From a bacterium (GTDB lineage: Bacteria > SAR324 > NAC60-12), in the NCBI GenBank assembly GCA_965233585.1, contig CBDDTI010000488.1:1-14147 (forward strand): DNA of 14,147 nucleotides, in the 5' to 3' direction. Shown here piece by piece: positions 8,825 to 14,147 of this stretch. Each line of letters starts with the position of its first letter. Position 1 is the stretch's first letter. The notes beneath the pieces were generated by a model. The model was not told the origin of the DNA, ran no database searches, and saw only the letters and a program-made list of their open reading frames with translations. The translations under genes were made by a program, and so were the position numbers.

Positions 8825-8864
8825 GGCCTTTTTCAAGGCCACCTCATTTTTTTCGAAAAGAAGC
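8825..8864 (+). terminator. H3 stem-loop plus downstream element, copy 2
   Basis: GGCCTTTTTCAAGGCC ... TTTTCGAAAAGAAGC. Confidence 0.95.
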
Positions 8865-9659
8865 TATATTGTTGAAAACTACCAATACGAAACATAGGTC
8901 CAACACACCATCAAAACTCAAATATAGGTCCAATCAAACACAACACAAGAAAAATAAACCCCTATCTACATACTGTGTAACAATGTCTATGTAAGCTATA
9001 TATTTCATATATTAATTACGCATGTATATAAATGCGCATATACGAGAAATATTGTGACAATTGTCTTTTTTACTGACAAAATACACCCTACATATATTTG
9101 AAATTATAAATATCGCGATTTTTCTCCCACAACAGTTCAATCTTGTATATATGTCCAGAAAGTAGACCATTTTAACGCAGTTTATACACAAATTTCATCC
9201 TGTAATAATATAATTTCACTTGGACAAATTGCAATCAAAATGGAAATTTAATATATTTCTCTTTTGCACATTTATTACATCAAATTACACATTTCTTAAA
9301 AACAAATACTGACTAAATTCCTTGTATAATTCTTTTATTCAGATTATAGATAAATAAGGAGATCACTTTTCGCTGCTATAACTTTCTGCAAAAATATTTT
9401 AAAATCACATAAAATTGACAGTCATAAAATATAATGTCATTTATTCATCAATTAATTTATTGATCACTCGTGAACAATGTTAATTGCTGTTAATTGCTTT
9501 TAATTACTCCAAGAGGATGTTTGTCCATGTTCAAATACCACAGCCAATCACAAACGATCTTACATTTATCACACCTATATGTCGAGCCGAACGATTCAAA
9601 ATACTGTGTTTACTAGCGCGTCGTCAATTATCTTATAAAAGGCAATTTCAGCTCGCTAA

Positions 9660-10010
<351 letters not shown>

Positions 10011-10046
10011 ACAACATCTGACCATTGACCAAGTCAAACAAACAAC

Positions 10047-10085
10047 GGCCCTTTTCAGGGCCACACATATTTTTCGAAAAGAAGC
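10047..10085 (+). terminator. H4 stem-loop plus downstream element, copy 2
   Basis: GGCCCTTTTCAGGGCC ... TTTTCGAAAAGAAGC. Confidence 0.95.
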
Positions 10086-10694
10086 GTTAAAGCTGTTTAC
10101 AAATCAATAAAACACAAGATCACTTTCCCCTGCCCATGTAAAGAGATATATTTCCTTTTTATTTATAACAGTATCACTATAAGGTCTAATATATACATAA
10201 TAAAATTGAAATACAACATAGGTGTACAGTTTAACAAGGACAGATAATTTAACAATGAAATGCTTTTTAAATAATATTTAATATCTCTGTATATTTTATA
10301 AAACAATAACATTACATCTGATTTGAATATATCCATTATAAAGATGTTATACAATATACAACAAAATAATTTTCAAATCTTGGTACAGTTGTTCTGTAAC
10401 ATTTCCAATATATTCTAATGTAAAATACAAAAGAACTGATGACATATTCACTCATCTTACATATAATCAGAATATGTGAATATGTATATATGTGAATATC
10501 ATTCCACAATGTACTTTCGTTAATTCTATGTCAGGAAGACAATGCAAGTGTAAATGTAATATATACATGTGTGTTGCGTGTAAATATATATGTAGGTACA
10601 GTAACAATACATTATAAGTTTGGACATTCAAACATGTACATTATTCATGTGGTGTGGGACCCCTGTTTGTGTTTTGATTTAGTTCAGCTTAATC

Positions 10695-10733
10695 ACTTCT
10701 TTTCGAAAAGTTTGGATGGCCCTGAAAAGGGCC
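10695..10733 (-). terminator. H2B stem-loop plus downstream element, copy 2
   Basis: Minus strand GGCCCTTTTCAGGGCC ... TTTTCGAAAAGAAGT. Confidence 0.95.
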
Positions 10734-10760
10734 GTTTGTTTGTTAGCAGAGTAAACAAGT

Positions 10761-11132
10761 TTACTTGCTGCTGGTGTACTTGGTCACAGCCTTGGTTCCC
10801 TCAGAGACGGCGTGCTTGGCCAACTCTCCTGGAAGGAGAAGTCGGACAGCAGTCTGGATCTCTCTGGAGGTGATGGTGGACCTCTTGTTGTAGTGAGCCA
10901 GTCTGGAAGCCTCTGCAGCGATTCTCTCGAAGATATCGTTGACGAAGCTGTTCATGATGCTCATGGCCTTGCTGGAGACACCAGTGTCGGGGTGCACCTG
11001 TTTCAAGACTTTGTAGATGTAGATGGCGTAGGATTCCCTCCTCCTCCTCTTTCTCTTCTTGTCCCCAGTACGCTGGGCCTTTGCCTTGGAGGCGGCCTTC
11101 TTGGATCCTTTGCTGCTTACTTTGGGTGGCAT
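10761..11132 (-). CDS. H2B: Histone H2B (123 aa), copy 2
   Basis: Identical to copy 1; ATG at 11132 on the minus strand. Confidence 0.98.
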   Translation of the reverse strand: MPPKVSSKGSKKAASKAKAQRTGDKKRKRRRRESYAIYIYKVLKQVHPDTGVSSKAMSIMNSFVNDIFERIAAEASRLAHYNKRSTITSREIQTAVRLLLPGELAKHAVSEGTKAVTKYTSSK

Positions 11133-11442
11133 GTTGATGCTTTGCGTGCTAAACGAAAAGTGATGTCGTCGCAGTAAATTTTTCGCTTTTATACCATCGA
11201 TCTGAGCGTGGCATTGAAACGATCTTTTAGTAATTAAGCGCGGACGTTTAAGTGAGCATACATCGAGCGGCGTCGTTACAAACTTAACCCGAGGGTGTTT
11301 ATAAGAGCCGTGCGTTGATTGGTTGTTGTGTTTGTCTGGACTGGGTTTGTGTCGTGTGAATGCCAGCGGTGGGTATATAAAGGTTGACGGTGTGATTTTT
11401 GGTTTCATTCTGATTTGATATCGCATCAAGAGAATAAGCAAC

Positions 11443-11820
11443 ATGTCAGGCCGAGGAAAAGGAGGAAAGACGAAGGGAAAGGCAAAGAGCCGATCATCCC
11501 GTGCCGGGCTACAGTTCCCCGTCGGACGTATCCACCGTCTGTTGAGAAAGGGCAACTATGCTGAGCGAGTAGGAGCTGGTGCACCAGTGTACTTGGCTGC
11601 TGTTCTCGAATACTTAGCCGCTGAGGTTCTGGAATTGGCAGGCAACGCAGCCAGAGACAACAAGAAGGGCAGAATCATCCCAAGACACTTGCAGTTGGCC
11701 ATCAGGAACGACGAGGAATTGAACAAACTCCTCTCCGGTGTGACCATCGCCCAGGGTGGTGTCCTCCCCAACATCCAGGCTGTTCTTCTGCCAAAGAAAT
11801 CCGCCAAGGCCTCCAAGTAA
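11443..11820 (+). CDS. H2A: Histone H2A, copy 2
   Basis: Translation identical to copy 1. Confidence 0.99.
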   Translation: MSGRGKGGKTKGKAKSRSSRAGLQFPVGRIHRLLRKGNYAERVGAGAPVYLAAVLEYLAAEVLELAGNAARDNKKGRIIPRHLQLAIRNDEELNKLLSGVTIAQGGVLPNIQAVLLPKKSAKASK

Positions 11821-11850
11821 ACTGTATTCCTCAATACAGCACAACAAAAC

Positions 11851-11889
11851 GGCCGTTTTAACGGCCACCAAAATTTTTCGAAAAGAAGC
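11851..11889 (+). terminator. H2A stem-loop plus downstream element, copy 2
   Basis: GGCCGTTTTAACGGCC ... TTTTCGAAAAGAAGC. Confidence 0.92.
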
Positions 11890-13497
11890 ATTTGAGTTGA
11901 AAACACTGATATCAAACCCAAATATAGATCCCACACATCCCCTGATCACACAAACAATACTTCAATAAATGTAAATACATAGGAAATTAGTGCACTTTAC
12001 AAAGAAATAAAATATTAGAAATGATAATGAATAGAACAATTTATTGTAGAACACAGATAGATTTATCGCACATAGATCCCACATTATCATTGAATCTTAC
12101 ATATTTGTACCCCATGAAATGTACAGTGAAAAAGTAATGAAAGAAATCGTTTTATGGCAACGCATATTTATGTTTAATTTCACCGTATAACTAAGAATAT
12201 TCATGTAAAGTATAAGTGTAATTATAACGCATGAGTATAAAATTTTATATATGCATGATATGTGTAATCTCCTAAATAAACCTTCAGAAAATAGTGTTAC
12301 TGAAATCTGCATTAGTCACAGTGAAAACATGGCGTCAAAACGACGTTACGATAACGTCATTGTCATGACGTCATAAAGAACGCTACCAAGACAAAACCAT
12401 GCAACTCCTTACAAGACTTGGTGCTACGTGAAAGACTTCTGCATGGTAGGTGTGAATTTTCTGTTTAACATGAAAAATATTTCAAATTGAATTGAATGTC
12501 CATTATTTCTTATAAATGAAACAGCCACTGTGATTCATCGATACACGAAAAAAGACACATATTCTGTAAATTAAGTGTAATTAGAAGTCTTATGGCGTGT
12601 TTGATGAGTGTCAAAAAATGAATATAATTAAGTTCAATGGAAAGCTGACAGATTTGCCGTGTTGAGTAGTAACGAAAAAAAAAATCAAAATTGTTTTCAT
12701 ATTTATTTGTTATAAATTTTTGTCCATGAACATGAATATCAACAACATATTTATAACCTTCTGTGAGAAATAAACTGAATTTTCCATAAATGTTATTGAG
12801 CGTTTGTCATATATGAACAATATGGTCTGGTATTGAATTGAACAACGCAGTGTTTAGTAACATGTCAAACACTTCACTCAATATTATTTGTCGGATTGGC
12901 ATATTTTACGTAAATCATTGTTATTTCTTGATATTTCAAATAATGTGTACGACTTATTTCAGAATAAATATTCAATGTTATCACAAAATCGTGTACGTCA
13001 GATGTGACCCGGTATTCATTTTCAAACGTATTTTAATTCACTTTTTAGGATTGAAGAACACGGAAATAGGCTTAAAGGGGAAATATAGTATTTCTGCTAA
13101 TAGTAGCACGCAAAAGATCTCAAGAAATATCTACAATAATAGCATTTTATTACGAAAACGGCACTTGAAATACCTCGTTTTCCTTCAAATATCATAGTTT
13201 TATTGATATAAAGTCAGTTCTATGTAAGTAATTGACGATTATTTTTATATAATATTGAAGCAGATGTTTTCTTCTATCATTGTATAACTATTGTGTCCAG
13301 TAAATTTTGTGAAATAAGAAGAAAACGAGGATTGAACATGCCTATCTTAAAACAACGACCAACTTCATGTACTCGACAAATAATGGTGCTTACAACGACG
13401 TCCGCGACTGTACAAACAAAAACACCGCTTTGCCCCCAGTCGCTTTATTCTCTTATAGCAGTTTAAGCTGAGAAGACGTTCATCTCTACATCTGAAA

Positions 13498-14070
13498 ATG
13501 GCATCAACGGCAACCGCCACACCCAAGAAGGTCACCAAGGCAAAGAAGCCCAAGGTTCCTGCAGCCCACCCGCAGTACAAGGACATGATTTCTGCAGCCA
13601 TAACAGCGCTGAAAGAAAGGGGAGGTTCATCCAGGCAAGCCATATTGAAATACATCATGGCAAACTACAAAGTCGGTGACAACGGCACAGCAGTCAACGC
13701 TCGCGTCAAGACAGCTCTGAAAGCTGGCGTGAAGAATGGCACTCTCAAGCAGGCTAAAGGCACCGGTGCATCTGGCTCCTTCAAAGTTGGCGAAAAGAAA
13801 AAAGAGGTCAAGAAACCCAAGAAGGCAACCAAGCCCAAAGCTGCCAAGCCAAAGAAAGTAGCAAAGCCAAAGAAAGCACCAGCCAAGAAAGAGGGCGGAG
13901 AAACCAAGAAAGCTGCCAAGCCCAAGAAAGCCAAGACGCCTAAAAAGAAGCCAGCTGCCAAGAAGTCGCCCAAGAAGGCTGCAAAACCAAAAACAGCTAA
14001 ACCCAAAGCTGCACCAAAGGCTAAGAAGGCAAAGACCCCAAAGAAGAAGGCCGCTGCCAAGAAGGCATAA
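13498..14070 (+). CDS. H1: Linker histone H1, copy 3
   Basis: Translation identical to copies 1 and 2. Confidence 0.98.
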   Translation: MASTATATPKKVTKAKKPKVPAAHPQYKDMISAAITALKERGGSSRQAILKYIMANYKVGDNGTAVNARVKTALKAGVKNGTLKQAKGTGASGSFKVGEKKKEVKKPKKATKPKAAKPKKVAKPKKAPAKKEGGETKKAAKPKKAKTPKKKPAAKKSPKKAAKPKTAKPKAAPKAKKAKTPKKKAAAKKA

Positions 14071-14103
14071 ATTGCACTTTTGCTGAGCAAAAGCAAACAC
14101 AAA

Positions 14104-14142
14104 AGCCCTTTTCAGGGCTACCCACATTTTTAGAAAAGAAGC
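14104..14142 (+). terminator. H1 stem-loop plus downstream element, copy 3
   Basis: AGCCCTTTTCAGGGCT ... TTTTAGAAAAGAAGC. Confidence 0.93.
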
Positions 14143-14147
14143 AATAA

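Larger units (their letters stand above)
13056..14147. repeat. Histone quintet tandem repeat unit 3 (partial, cut by the window end)
   Basis: Matches 1-1092 at offset +13055 and includes a complete H1 gene with its stem-loop. Confidence 0.98.

Overview
This window is an animal replication-dependent histone gene array, made of about 2.17 copies of a tandem quintet unit: unit 1 = 1-6525 (6525 bp), unit 2 = 6526-13055 (6530 bp), and partial unit 3 = 13056-14147. Gene order is H1(+), H3(+), H4(+), H2B(-), H2A(+), with H2B and H2A divergent across a 310-bp shared promoter. All genes are intronless and followed by a 16-nt histone stem-loop and a purine-rich downstream element. The H1 protein and the AGCCCT-TTTC-AGGGCT H1 stem-loop resemble what I recall for mollusc (bivalve-type) histone genes; this taxon call is an inference. 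The copies look identical by eye apart from one 5-bp spacer indel. I found no new protein-coding system; the other ORFs are antisense or frame-shifted shadows of the histone genes, or AT-rich spacer noise. The most interesting unexplained signals are non-coding: (1) a position-fixed motif about 50 nt past the stem-loops, (2) a long palindromic downstream element, (3) an 18/19-bp motif shared by two promoters, and (4) a CpG-rich palindrome, CRE-like and possibly structured island in the H2A-H1 spacer. H2A also carries an unusual Gly in loop 2.
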